From positions 224,001 to 288,000 of the forward strand of contig CAXXXD010000004.1 in assembly GCA_963663385.2 (NCBI GenBank): a DNA stretch of 64,000 nucleotides. Direction: 5' to 3'. Below are positions 28,484 to 38,156 of this stretch, in pieces; within the stretch, counting starts at the first letter, position 1; every line of letters starts with the position of its first letter. Source of the DNA: Oceanispirochaeta sp. (GTDB taxonomy: Bacteria; Spirochaetota; Spirochaetia; DSM-2461). The notes beneath the pieces are model-generated. The model did no database searches, had not been told where the DNA came from, and was given only the letters and a program-made list of their open reading frames with translations. The position numbers and the translations under genes are program-made.

Positions 28484-28768
28484 TCACAACAGTTTATCCC
28501 GGGTATGCCCGTAATTCCGTCTCTGGAATCCCTGAGACCGTTTGCGGGCATGCTCCCGGATATCTTCAAATTCTATAAACTCATCTTTATACAGGAATCC
28601 GCCATCCCGGGTACAGCTTTCAAATGAGAGGTAAAGCATCTTCTTTTCTATTGGTTTAAGATCCTTGTCGTAGACCTGTTTGATTCTGCCCTTGTCATCC
28701 CGCTCAATCCACATCTGTTCGTGCGGCCGGGAAATCCCGCTTACCCTTTCCAGTTTCTTTTTATTCAT
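28484..28768 (-). CDS. Hypothetical protein (94 aa, charged)
   Basis: ATG-started ORF filling the gap between two + strand genes; no recognised motif. Confidence 0.55.
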   Translation of the reverse strand: MNKKKLERVSGISRPHEQMWIERDDKGRIKQVYDKDLKPIEKKMLYLSFESCTRDGGFLYKDEFIEFEDIREHARKRSQGFQRRNYGHTRDKLL

Positions 28769-28804
28769 ATCGAATTCAATATGGCATTAAACCGTGTCCC
28801 GCAT

Positions 28805-28833
28805 CAATCGCTATCCGGCAATCGCTATCCGGC
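28805..28833. repeat. 14-bp tandem duplication
   Basis: CAATCGCTATCCGG twice in tandem. Confidence 0.9.
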
Positions 28834-28887
28834 CCGATTTGCTTTCCTCACTTTTTTGTCTATGCTTATAGTGGAGGGATCTTTTTC

Positions 28888-30429
28888 ATGATATTCACTC
28901 AAAACCCTGTTCGATGGGGGCTCCTTATTATCCTTTCAGGAGTTCTGGATATTTACCTCTCTGCCTATGCCCTGCAGAAAAAAGATGTATGCGGGGCAAG
29001 AGCTTTCTCCTTTTTTATGCTCACCATAGCCCTTTACAGTATCGGGTATGCCCTGGAGATTAATGGCGGGACCATTGAACAGATAATGGATATACTGAAA
29101 TTCGAGGTCTTCTGGGCATCCTTTACGGCTCCGGCATTTCTGCTCTTCATTATCCAGTTTATAAAGCAGCGTGACGGGCAGAAATCCCTCTGGATTCTCC
29201 TCTTTCTTGTCCCTCTTTTTATTGGTGCCTTTGCTCTTACCAATGACCGTCATTCTTATATTTATAAAAGTTATGAACTGGCGGAGGGCGTTTACTTTCC
29301 GGTAATCCACTATGAGGCTGGACCGGTTTATGTATTGCAGCTGCTCTATCTGATCGGTATCTCCCTTCTCGGAGAGGTCCTGCTTATTATCCATATGGTT
29401 CGAAAAGGCGGGACCGTGCGAAAACAGGCCGCCCTGATCTGTCTGGCCGGTATCCTGCCGACTGCGAGCGCCATGATTAATCCGGTACGTTCCGCAGGAG
29501 CCAGTATCGATACCCAGCCATTTGTCCTGTTACTGTCCGGCCTGATCCTGCTGGTGGCCCTTCTCCGTTATCAAATGCTGGATTTTGTTCGCGTGGCCAG
29601 AGAGGTAGCCGTAGATAATATTTATAACTATCTTCTGATCCTGGATCGGAATCTTACGGTCAAGGATCTGAATAAAGCCGGCAGAGAATCAGAGCTTCTT
29701 AAACACCTGACTGTCGGTTCTGAATTGACCACGGAGGATTTCTTTTTCTCCTACCTCGATAATCCGGTTTCGGGTAAAGTCCACCAGCTTGAAGTTCAGG
29801 GGAGGTATTACCAGTTCACTATCTCCCGGGTTTTAAACCGCAAGAGTATGACCGACGGCTATGTTATTCTGATTAGCGAGAATACGGAAAGCGTAGCACT
29901 TATGAAAGAACTGGAGCTTCAGGCAATCTATGACGGCTTAATCGGAATCTTCAACAGAAGACACTTTATGAATCTGGCCAACCGGGAAATTGCTATTGCC
30001 CGGAGAAACGGCAGCAGTATTGCCGTAATCATATTTGATCTGGATCATTTTAAAAAGATCAATGATATCTATGGTCATTGTACGGGAGACCGTGTCCTGG
30101 TCGAGATATCAGAGAATATGAAAAACCTTTTAAGGGTATCCGAGATTTTCGGGAGATACGGGGGAGAGGAGTTTTGTATTATCTGCCCCAACACAGACGG
30201 GACTCAGGCACTGATTATTGCCGAGCGCCTCAGGAGGAGCATCGAAAGTCTTTCTTTTGATGAAACCGGACAGGCCATTTCTGCTACAGCCAGTTTTGGA
30301 GTCTACGCGTCGGCAGTGCTGACGGAAGTCCGGATGGAATGGTTCCTGGAGAAAGCCGATGCAGCCCTTTATGAAGCGAAAAGAAAGGGGCGGAACCGTT
30401 CCGTTCTGGTTAATCAAACAGAAATATGA
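28888..30429 (+). CDS. Membrane diguanylate cyclase with HisKA_7TM-type N-terminal domain
   Basis: About 7 TM segments (YSIGYALE, ALTNDRHSYIY); DLDHFKKIND, GRYGGEEF, ADAALYEAK. Confidence 0.9.
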   Translation: MIFTQNPVRWGLLIILSGVLDIYLSAYALQKKDVCGARAFSFFMLTIALYSIGYALEINGGTIEQIMDILKFEVFWASFTAPAFLLFIIQFIKQRDGQKSLWILLFLVPLFIGAFALTNDRHSYIYKSYELAEGVYFPVIHYEAGPVYVLQLLYLIGISLLGEVLLIIHMVRKGGTVRKQAALICLAGILPTASAMINPVRSAGASIDTQPFVLLLSGLILLVALLRYQMLDFVRVAREVAVDNIYNYLLILDRNLTVKDLNKAGRESELLKHLTVGSELTTEDFFFSYLDNPVSGKVHQLEVQGRYYQFTISRVLNRKSMTDGYVILISENTESVALMKELELQAIYDGLIGIFNRRHFMNLANREIAIARRNGSSIAVIIFDLDHFKKINDIYGHCTGDRVLVEISENMKNLLRVSEIFGRYGGEEFCIICPNTDGTQALIIAERLRRSIESLSFDETGQAISATASFGVYASAVLTEVRMEWFLEKADAALYEAKRKGRNRSVLVNQTEI

Positions 30430-30478
30430 ACTATACAAATGTGTACACTTTTCTGCTATAATTCACTCAGAGGTATTC

Positions 30479-31720
30479 ATGAAAAGCGGAACAGCAGATC
30501 TTCCTCTCCACTACGGCAGGGTCCCCCGCTGGCTGGCGGACAGGATGGCCTTACTGGGGCGGGAAATTACCCGTATCATGGTGGAAGAGCGGGGGCCTTC
30601 CGAATTCCTGAGCCGTTTGAGCGATCCTTTCTGGTTTCAGGCTCTGGGCTGTGTTATGGGGATGGACTGGCACTCATCAGGCATTACAACTTCTGTCATG
30701 GGGGCGTTGAAAAAGGGGCTGAATCCCCTCTCCCGCGAACTTGGAATCCATATCTGCGGCGGCCGGGGCCGTTATTCCCGTATGACCCCGGATGAGATAT
30801 ACAATGCCTCCCGGCTGGAGGGACTGGACGGGAAATCCCTGGTAGAAGCTTCCCGGCTCAGCGCCAAAGTGGATAATACCTGCCTGCAGGACGGTTTTCA
30901 GATCTATCTTCACAACTTCATTCTTACCCGGAGCGGTGAGTGGGCTGTGGTGCAGCAGGGGATGAACGATAATGCCGGCATGGCCCGGCGCTATCACTGG
31001 CATTCGCCGGGAGTGAAGTCTTTTGTCAGTGATCCCCATTCGGCCGTCTCGGGGAGAAATCAGGGGCTTCTGGTGAATCTGAGCGACCGGAAGGCCGAGG
31101 GGGCTCATACGGCTATCCTCGACTTCTGTGACAGGTCCCCCGCCGAGCAGACAAGGGAACTCAGACAGCTTTTTCTGCCCTCCCATCATGATGTCAGGAC
31201 GGAAAATGTGGATCCCAAACGTCTGGGTGCTGTACTGGCAACGGCCCGCGGTTTCGGGGCCGGGACGTTTCAGAACCTTCTGCTGATTAAGGGGCTGGGC
31301 CCCCGGACCCTGCAGTCTCTTGCTCTGGTAAGCGAAGTGATTTACGGAGAACCTGTCCGTTTCGAAGACCCCGCCCGGTTCTCCTTTGCCCATGGCGGTA
31401 AAGATGGGCATCCTTTTCCGGTTCCCCTGAAAGTGTATGACGAAACCCTGCAGTATCTCAGCCGGTCAGTCCGGAAATCATCTGTGGAAGCCGAAGCGAA
31501 GAGAGCCGGTCTGAGAAACCTGCACTCTCTACAGAAGCAGATAGAAAATCTGGAGCGGATTGAGGCGGATCCGGAAGCTGTCATAGCAGAAGAGCGCCGG
31601 AACTCCTTTCGATACGGCGGCTGCACTGTCGCCGGTCCGGTCCGGCCTCCCGGACAGAACCGTTCCCGGAAAACCGTAAAAACGCTTCCGGAAAAAGGGC
31701 GGCAGTTAAGTTTATTCTGA
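30479..31720 (+). CDS. DUF763 domain protein
   Basis: ADLPLHYGRVPRWL, LSDPFWFQALGCVMGMDWHSSGITT, FSFAHGGKDGHPFPV. GAGG RBS supports ATG 30479. Confidence 0.9.
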   Translation: MKSGTADLPLHYGRVPRWLADRMALLGREITRIMVEERGPSEFLSRLSDPFWFQALGCVMGMDWHSSGITTSVMGALKKGLNPLSRELGIHICGGRGRYSRMTPDEIYNASRLEGLDGKSLVEASRLSAKVDNTCLQDGFQIYLHNFILTRSGEWAVVQQGMNDNAGMARRYHWHSPGVKSFVSDPHSAVSGRNQGLLVNLSDRKAEGAHTAILDFCDRSPAEQTRELRQLFLPSHHDVRTENVDPKRLGAVLATARGFGAGTFQNLLLIKGLGPRTLQSLALVSEVIYGEPVRFEDPARFSFAHGGKDGHPFPVPLKVYDETLQYLSRSVRKSSVEAEAKRAGLRNLHSLQKQIENLERIEADPEAVIAEERRNSFRYGGCTVAGPVRPPGQNRSRKTVKTLPEKGRQLSLF

Positions 31721-32950
31721 CTGACGGAAAACCACTTCCTCTATGCGGTTCTGATCGACCTTTCCTATGATGTAGGTTCCCTCGGGGAGCTTTAAAGTGG
31801 TTCCTTCTTCAGGGATTTCACCCAGCTTTTCAATAAGATAGCCCCCCATGGTCAGAATCCTTTTATGGTGAATCAGTTTCAGTCCCAGACGGTCCTGTAT
31901 GTGGTAGAAGGAGCAATCCCCCTTGATCAGCCATTCGCCGGGTCCCCGGTGGATAATCTTGTCCGCCTCCTTCTCTTCATTCTCATCGTAGAGTTCCCCG
32001 AAAATCTCTTCTATAACATCTTCCTTGGTTACGATTCCGGTCAGGCCTCCGTACTCATCCAGAACAATGGCAATATTGAAGTTTTCTCTTTTGAAATGGA
32101 GAAACAGGTCATGGACCATCTTGGTTTCCGGTACAAAGAAGGGCTCTATCATTTTCTCTTTAAGCTTGAATCCCTTCTCTCCCTCCGACAGGGCTTTCAG
32201 AATGTCATGCATGAGAACAATCCCCGCTATATGCTCGGGATTTTCCTGATAGACAGGTATTCTGGAGAATCCTGCTTTAAGAATATCCTCAAGAACGTCT
32301 TCCACATAGGACTCCTTATCCAGACAGAAAACATTCGTTCTATAGGTGGTTATCCCTTTAATGGGGGTATCGTTAATCCGAAAGACATTTTTTACCATCT
32401 GCTGTTCATAGGATTCAACAATACCGATTTTTTCTCCCAGGGCAATCATCTGCAGGAGATTCTCAAGGGTAAACCCTTTCTTTTTTGTTCCGGCAACAAG
32501 CCGTGTTATAAGTGAGCTGATACTGGTTATTATCCATATAAAGGGACGGAACAGAATGGAAAGCCAGTGAACCGGGTAAGCCATGTTAAGGCAGATTGAC
32601 TCATTTTTAGCCAGAGCAATCTGTTTGGGGGTCACTTCTCCGAATATTAGAACAAACAGGGTCAGGGCTCCTGTCATCGCAGCTACGGCACTAGAACCGA
32701 AAAGCTGTATGGTCAGTGATGTTACAAGAGCCGTGGCGCCGATATTTACCAGATTATTTCCGATAAGGAGAGTTGTCAGCAGGATATCCGGTTTTTTGGT
32801 GAGGTTATTTACGGTTTTTCCCCGCTTGCCCCCCCTTTCCAGAATATGGTGTATCTGGATTACCGAAAGGGAGGTGAATGCTGTTTCTGTTGATGAAAAT
32901 ACGGCTGATAGAATAAAAAGAAGAATTAAAAAAAGGAACTGCAGGATCAT
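31712..32950 (-). CDS. Hemolysin-family / CNNM (DUF21-CBS-CorC) Mg2+ transport protein
   Basis: SAVFSSTETAF, LLIGNNLVN, IFGEVTPK, GFSRIPVY, VLDEYGG..EDVIEEIFGE. Confidence 0.93.
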   Translation of the reverse strand: MILQFLFLILLFILSAVFSSTETAFTSLSVIQIHHILERGGKRGKTVNNLTKKPDILLTTLLIGNNLVNIGATALVTSLTIQLFGSSAVAAMTGALTLFVLIFGEVTPKQIALAKNESICLNMAYPVHWLSILFRPFIWIITSISSLITRLVAGTKKKGFTLENLLQMIALGEKIGIVESYEQQMVKNVFRINDTPIKGITTYRTNVFCLDKESYVEDVLEDILKAGFSRIPVYQENPEHIAGIVLMHDILKALSEGEKGFKLKEKMIEPFFVPETKMVHDLFLHFKRENFNIAIVLDEYGGLTGIVTKEDVIEEIFGELYDENEEKEADKIIHRGPGEWLIKGDCSFYHIQDRLGLKLIHHKRILTMGGYLIEKLGEIPEEGTTLKLPEGTYIIGKVDQNRIEEVVFRQSE

Positions 32951-33099
32951 AGGGCCTCAATTCCATTTAAGAGATCTGTTAAAATACATAAATAAGGGTC
33001 TGCGTCATCCATGTTGAAAATTATTCCTTAAATATCCGATTATTTCAAGTTTTGTTTTTTATCTTGACAGTAATAGGAGTCCATTAAAGAATTATAACT

Positions 33100-34605
33100 A
33101 TGTTTAAAATCAGACACTATGCTCACAATATCCTTTTTTCATCGCTGTATAAGACCCTGATTTTCCTGTTTGTCATGATCTCGGTTTTTCTGACAGACCT
33201 TGTAAGAGGCTGGCTGAATCCGGGAGCAGACAGGATTCAGGAAGTCCTTATGACCCTCTCCTTCTTTTTTCTCCTATCTGAACTGGTTCTGACAGTACTT
33301 GCCGATAAGTACTGGTGGAAAAGGGCGTATTTCTGGCTCTATACATTTGCAACTCTAACCATGCTGTTTGATTTAAACTGGTTTCTGAATTGGGCTTTTG
33401 TCGACCTGGGGACCATTTTCCCCCTGATACCGGTACGGCTTATGCGTCTTATCCGCCTGGTATCCCGTCTAGGCAGAATGATAAGGATAATACGGATATT
33501 CCTGAATAATCAGCTGTCAGCTCTTAAGGCCCGTCTCAGCGGATCCGATGCCGACCGGGGCGATCTGCTTATGACAAAAAAAATTATAAAGCGTCTGACC
33601 GGTAAAGAGCGGACCCGTTTGTGGGATAAACTGGAAAATGTCATTTCCTACGGCACCATGATCTGTTTTCTCTTCCTCTATCTGATGATTATCGGATTGG
33701 GGATACTCCAGACAAATCCTGTTTCTTCTACTTATATAAAGGGGCAGATCTTTCTGGAAAGCGGTATGCAGAATGGCAGGATTGCCGCCTTTCTGGAAGA
33801 GGCAGAGGATCTTCTCTATCTGGAAAGCGAAGGCACTGTACTGTTGGACAGGAGCGGGGAAAAGGCCGGCCTCCGGATGGACGAAGTTCTGAAACTGGAA
33901 AACGGTTCGCTGCTGATACTGGTTGACAACTCTGCATTAATCAGAAAAGTTCACAGGCAGTCTCTTCTGCTGACCCTGATTTTCTTTATAGCCATGTCCT
34001 TTATGAACCTTTTTATCTCCTGGGTGATTAGAAAGTACGGTGTGGAATTTTCCGGGGTGCTGAAAACCCTGGCCCATGCTCTTGATGAACGGGATCCATA
34101 TACCAGGGAACATTCCCGGCATGTGGCGCAGTACGGGCGGAAGCTGGCAGAAGCCATGGGGATGAGCAGAAAAGAGCAGGAGATCGTTCACCTGGCGGGT
34201 GAGCTGCACGATGTAGGGAAAATAGGGGTTCCCGAAGCTGTCCTGCATAAAGACGGTCCGCTTGATGATGAGGAATACGGCATAATGAAAAAGCACCCGG
34301 TTCAGGGGATTGAAATACTCAACAGTATTGTGAACATGGATCAGGTTATACTGGCAGCGTATTACCATCACGAAAAATATAACGGAAAGGGGTATCCGGA
34401 AGGACTGGAGAAGGACAATATCCCCCGTATTGCAAGAATCCTGTCGGTGTGCGATGTCTGGGATGCTCTGACAACAGACCGACCCTACAGAAAGGCTATG
34501 GAGTTCGAGAAGGCTAAATCCATTCTTATAAAAATGAGAGGGGAAGATCTTCCGCCTCTTGAAGTTGATGCTTTCTTTGAACACGAAGTGTGGAAAGCAC
34601 TTTAA
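33100..34605 (+). CDS. HD-GYP phosphodiesterase with an N-terminal ion-transport/voltage-sensor-like membrane domain
   Basis: DPYTREHS, LHDVGKIG, HHEKYNGKGYP, DVWDALTTDRPYR. N-terminus has about 6 TM segments including RLMRLIRLVSRLGRMIRIIR. Confidence 0.9.
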   Translation: MFKIRHYAHNILFSSLYKTLIFLFVMISVFLTDLVRGWLNPGADRIQEVLMTLSFFFLLSELVLTVLADKYWWKRAYFWLYTFATLTMLFDLNWFLNWAFVDLGTIFPLIPVRLMRLIRLVSRLGRMIRIIRIFLNNQLSALKARLSGSDADRGDLLMTKKIIKRLTGKERTRLWDKLENVISYGTMICFLFLYLMIIGLGILQTNPVSSTYIKGQIFLESGMQNGRIAAFLEEAEDLLYLESEGTVLLDRSGEKAGLRMDEVLKLENGSLLILVDNSALIRKVHRQSLLLTLIFFIAMSFMNLFISWVIRKYGVEFSGVLKTLAHALDERDPYTREHSRHVAQYGRKLAEAMGMSRKEQEIVHLAGELHDVGKIGVPEAVLHKDGPLDDEEYGIMKKHPVQGIEILNSIVNMDQVILAAYYHHEKYNGKGYPEGLEKDNIPRIARILSVCDVWDALTTDRPYRKAMEFEKAKSILIKMRGEDLPPLEVDAFFEHEVWKAL

Positions 34606-34848
34606 CACTTCAGAATAATTATTTGCCCCTGAATAATAATTATCCCTATCTGGCAGATTCCCTTCCCCTGCAGGAATGAAAGTGATTCCTTATTAATAAT
34701 AATACATAATCTTCTATATTTCATGAATTTAGACGAAAACTTATAGAATTTTTAATTCCCCCGGGTTTCCCGTCACTTTTTTATTGTCCCCCGGACTCTT
34801 TCTTATTATTTTAATAAATAATAATAGCGTTATGAAGGAGACTTTCTC

Positions 34849-36723
34849 GTGTCTAATCGTAAATTCAAAACCGAAGTGAACCAGTTGCTGGACCTGCTGA
34901 TTCACTCTCTGTACTCTCATAGTGAGATTTTCTTGAGAGAATTAATATCCAATTCATCAGATGCTCTGGATAAACTGAAATATCTGACCCTGACAGATGA
35001 CAATTTCAAAAATATGGAATGGGATCCCCGGATCGATATCGTTCTGGACAGCAAAGACAAGAAGACAATTATTATCAAGGATAACGGTATCGGTATGAAC
35101 GATGCGGATCTGGCAGATTCCCTTGGAACAATCGCCCGTTCGGGAACCAAAAACTTCCTGAGTCAGCTCTCCGGAGATGCCAGGAAGGATTCCAATCTGA
35201 TCGGACAGTTCGGTGTCGGTTTCTATTCGATTTTTATGGTTGCCGATCATGTGGATGTGGTAACAAAAAAAGCCGGTGAAGATCAGGCCTGGAAATGGAG
35301 CAGCGACGGGCGGGAAGGATACTCCCTGGATAAAGCGGAAAGGGAAGAGGGGGCAGGAACCTCTGTTATCCTTCATCTGAATGATGCCGGTAAAGAATAT
35401 GCCAACAAGTGGGACCTGGAACAGATTATCAAAAAGTATTCCAACCATATAGCTTTCCCCATACATCTGCATTACACCTCCACTTCCTATGAGGGAGAAG
35501 GGGATGACAGAAAAGAGGTCAAAAAGGATAAAGTGGAACAGATCAACACAGCCTCTGCCCTCTGGAAACGTTCTGCCAAAGAGATCAAGGAAGAAGAGTA
35601 TAACGAGTTCTATAAATCCATCTCAAACGATATGGACGATCCTCTTCTGAAAATCCATACAAGAGCAGAAGGAACTCTTGAATATAACACGCTGTTTTTT
35701 GTTCCTAAAAAGGCTCCTTTTGATATGTATCAGGCCGATTATCAGCCTGGTGTCAAGCTGTATGTCCGACGGGTTTTTATTACAGACGATGATAAGGAAC
35801 TTCTCCCCACTTACCTGCGTTTTGTACGGGGTATAATTGATTCGGAAGACCTTCCTCTCAATGTGAGCCGGGAGATCCTGCAGAAGAACAAGGTTCTGTC
35901 CAGCATAAAGAATGCGTCGGTTAAGAAAGTTCTGGGAGAGCTGAAGAAGCTGTCACAGAAAGACGAGGAGTACATCAAGTTTATTGAACAGTACAACCGT
36001 CCCCTGAAGGAGGGTGTGTATTCCGACTACGCCAATAAAGAGGACCTTCTGGAGCTGGTACGGTTCAAGTCTACTTCCGTTGAAGGCTGGACCAGCCTGA
36101 GCGCCTACCTTGACCGCATGCCCGAAGATCAGAAAGGTATCTACTATATTACCGGTGACAACGAACAGACCCTGAGAAACTCACCTCTGCTGGAAGCCTA
36201 CAAGAAAAAGGGTATGGAAGTCCTGATCATGGATGATGAGATTGATGAAATCGTTGCCCCCATGATTGGCCCCTACAAGGAAAAGGAACTTAAAGCTGTT
36301 AACAAGAGCGGCAGTTCGGAAGATCTGAAAACAGAAGAGGACAAGGAGAAGGAAAAATCCGTTGAACCTCTCCTTAAAAAAATCAAGGAAGCCCTGGGCG
36401 AGTCTGTAAAAGATGTTGTTGCTTCCAGCCGTCTTCATGAATCTCCCAGCTGTATTGTGGCCGACGAGAATGATCCCACTGCCCAGATGCAGCAGATGCT
36501 GAAAGCTATGGGCCAGAAGGATCTGCCCGAAATCAAGCCGATTCTGGAAGTAAACCCCGATCATGTCATTGTGAGCCGTCTTCAGGACTCTTCCGATACG
36601 TCTTTGATCGACGATATCAGCTGGCTGCTGCTGGATCAGGCTATTCTGGTGGAAGGGGCTCCTCTCAAGAACCCCCATGAATTCACCCAGCGTCTGAACC
36701 GGGTAATGGAAAAAGCTCTCTAA
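34849..36723 (+). CDS. htpG: Molecular chaperone HtpG (Hsp90)
   Basis: IFLRELISNSSDALDK, DNGIGM, LGTIARSGT, IGQFGVGFYS, DSEDLPLNVSREILQ. Confidence 0.98.
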   Translation: MSNRKFKTEVNQLLDLLIHSLYSHSEIFLRELISNSSDALDKLKYLTLTDDNFKNMEWDPRIDIVLDSKDKKTIIIKDNGIGMNDADLADSLGTIARSGTKNFLSQLSGDARKDSNLIGQFGVGFYSIFMVADHVDVVTKKAGEDQAWKWSSDGREGYSLDKAEREEGAGTSVILHLNDAGKEYANKWDLEQIIKKYSNHIAFPIHLHYTSTSYEGEGDDRKEVKKDKVEQINTASALWKRSAKEIKEEEYNEFYKSISNDMDDPLLKIHTRAEGTLEYNTLFFVPKKAPFDMYQADYQPGVKLYVRRVFITDDDKELLPTYLRFVRGIIDSEDLPLNVSREILQKNKVLSSIKNASVKKVLGELKKLSQKDEEYIKFIEQYNRPLKEGVYSDYANKEDLLELVRFKSTSVEGWTSLSAYLDRMPEDQKGIYYITGDNEQTLRNSPLLEAYKKKGMEVLIMDDEIDEIVAPMIGPYKEKELKAVNKSGSSEDLKTEEDKEKEKSVEPLLKKIKEALGESVKDVVASSRLHESPSCIVADENDPTAQMQQMLKAMGQKDLPEIKPILEVNPDHVIVSRLQDSSDTSLIDDISWLLLDQAILVEGAPLKNPHEFTQRLNRVMEKAL

Positions 36724-36745
36724 GCCTTCTTACCTTGAATTACTT

Positions 36746-36778
36746 AAACTGCTCCGGATCCGGAGCAGTTTTTTTTTT
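36746..36778 (+). terminator. Intrinsic terminator of htpG
   Basis: AAACTGCTCCGGATCCGGAGCAGTTT palindrome followed by a T run. Confidence 0.88.
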
Positions 36779-36854
36779 GATTTATCGCCAATTATGAGAA
36801 ATAATATATATATCAAACCAAAAACGGATAATACGTAATGCTGAAGATAAAAAA

Positions 36855-38150
36855 GTGAAAATTCTTATAGGCCATACCAATATGGATCTGGACTGTTTCG
36901 GATCCCTTGCCCTTGGCAAGTACTTGTATCCCGATGCGGTGGGAGTTAAAAGCCGCCTTGTTCATCCTGTTGCCAAAGCCCTTTACAATCTCTATAAAAG
37001 GCATCTGAATCTTATGTCATCGAAGGATTTGAAAGATCAGCATGTGGATCAGATCATTGTCTTCGACACCCGTTCCAAAAGCAGGATTAGGGAGTATCTG
37101 GAGATGATTACGGGGTTTCATGGGGATGTAACCATTTATGACCATCATATTAATGATACATCGGATATAAAGGATGCCAAAGTCATTTCTGCGTCTTACG
37201 GAGCCAATACAACTCTACTGGCTCTTGAACTGATGGAAAAGGATGTTGTCCTGAATCCGGTGGATGCTACCATTGCCCTGACAGGCATCTTTGCGGATAC
37301 GGGGAATTTTACTCATGAAAATGTTACCCTTCAGGACTTTCAGGCTTCATCCTGGCTGATGTCCCAGGGAGCCAATATGAAGCTGGTCAGTCAGTTTCTG
37401 AAACCCCTGAAGCAGGATTATCAGATTTCCCTGTTCCATCAGGTTTTAAATCGTCTGGTATACAAGAAACTGCATGGGCATACTATCATCCTCAGTTATT
37501 TTGAGATGAAGGAGCAGGTAAGCGGGTTGGCTCCCATTGTAGAAAAAGTGTTTGAAGTTGAAAATGCGGATGCTATATTTATCCTGTTCGGCCTGGAGAA
37601 GGCCAAAAAGACCCTGATAATCGGCAGGAGTCAGAAAGAGACCATAGACGTTTCCCGCATCCTGGCCCCTTTCGGGGGAGGCGGGCATACCAGGGCCGCT
37701 TCAGCCCAGCTTAAGGGGGAGTGGGGTGAAAAAGTTTATGAGAATTTCATTGTCAGCCTCAGGAACTCCCTGGTGCCTGCCGTAACCGCAGAGGGGATCA
37801 TGACAACAGATGTGGATGTTATCCGGAATACCTGGTCTGTGCTGGATGCTTCTCTGTTTCTGGAAAAAGTCGGGCATACAGGTGCTCCCGTATTGAATGA
37901 TGAAGGCGAAATGTGTGGTTTCATGACCTTGAGGGATATCAGTAAGGCCCGCCGGGCCGATCAGATGAAAGCCCCTGTTAAGAGTTATATGACCAGTAAA
38001 GTCCATTCCTGTAACAGGACGGATAGTATAAAGGATCTGGAGAAACTCTTCCTTAAGTACAATGTGGGACATATACCTGTCTTAAAAGACAGGAAACTTC
38101 TGGGTATTGTTACCAGAACGGATTATCTGCATCATATCGAGCTGCGTTGA
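36855..38150 (+). CDS. DHH-DHHA1 phosphoesterase with C-terminal CBS pair
   Basis: GHTNMDLD, YDHH, GIFADTG, GGGGHTRAASA; CBS motifs GIMT, GFMTLRDI, GIVTRTD. Confidence 0.9.
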   Translation: MKILIGHTNMDLDCFGSLALGKYLYPDAVGVKSRLVHPVAKALYNLYKRHLNLMSSKDLKDQHVDQIIVFDTRSKSRIREYLEMITGFHGDVTIYDHHINDTSDIKDAKVISASYGANTTLLALELMEKDVVLNPVDATIALTGIFADTGNFTHENVTLQDFQASSWLMSQGANMKLVSQFLKPLKQDYQISLFHQVLNRLVYKKLHGHTIILSYFEMKEQVSGLAPIVEKVFEVENADAIFILFGLEKAKKTLIIGRSQKETIDVSRILAPFGGGGHTRAASAQLKGEWGEKVYENFIVSLRNSLVPAVTAEGIMTTDVDVIRNTWSVLDASLFLEKVGHTGAPVLNDEGEMCGFMTLRDISKARRADQMKAPVKSYMTSKVHSCNRTDSIKDLEKLFLKYNVGHIPVLKDRKLLGIVTRTDYLHHIELR

Positions 38151-38156
38151 CGGGGG

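Noticed and set aside
33100..34060. Potassium channel
   Set aside because: No TxGYG selectivity filter between the last two TM helices; only the sensor-like part is supported.
34606..34848. CIRCE element or riboswitch upstream of htpG
   Set aside because: No TTAGCACTC-N9-GAGTGCTAA and no recognisable aptamer; only AT-rich weak inverted repeats.
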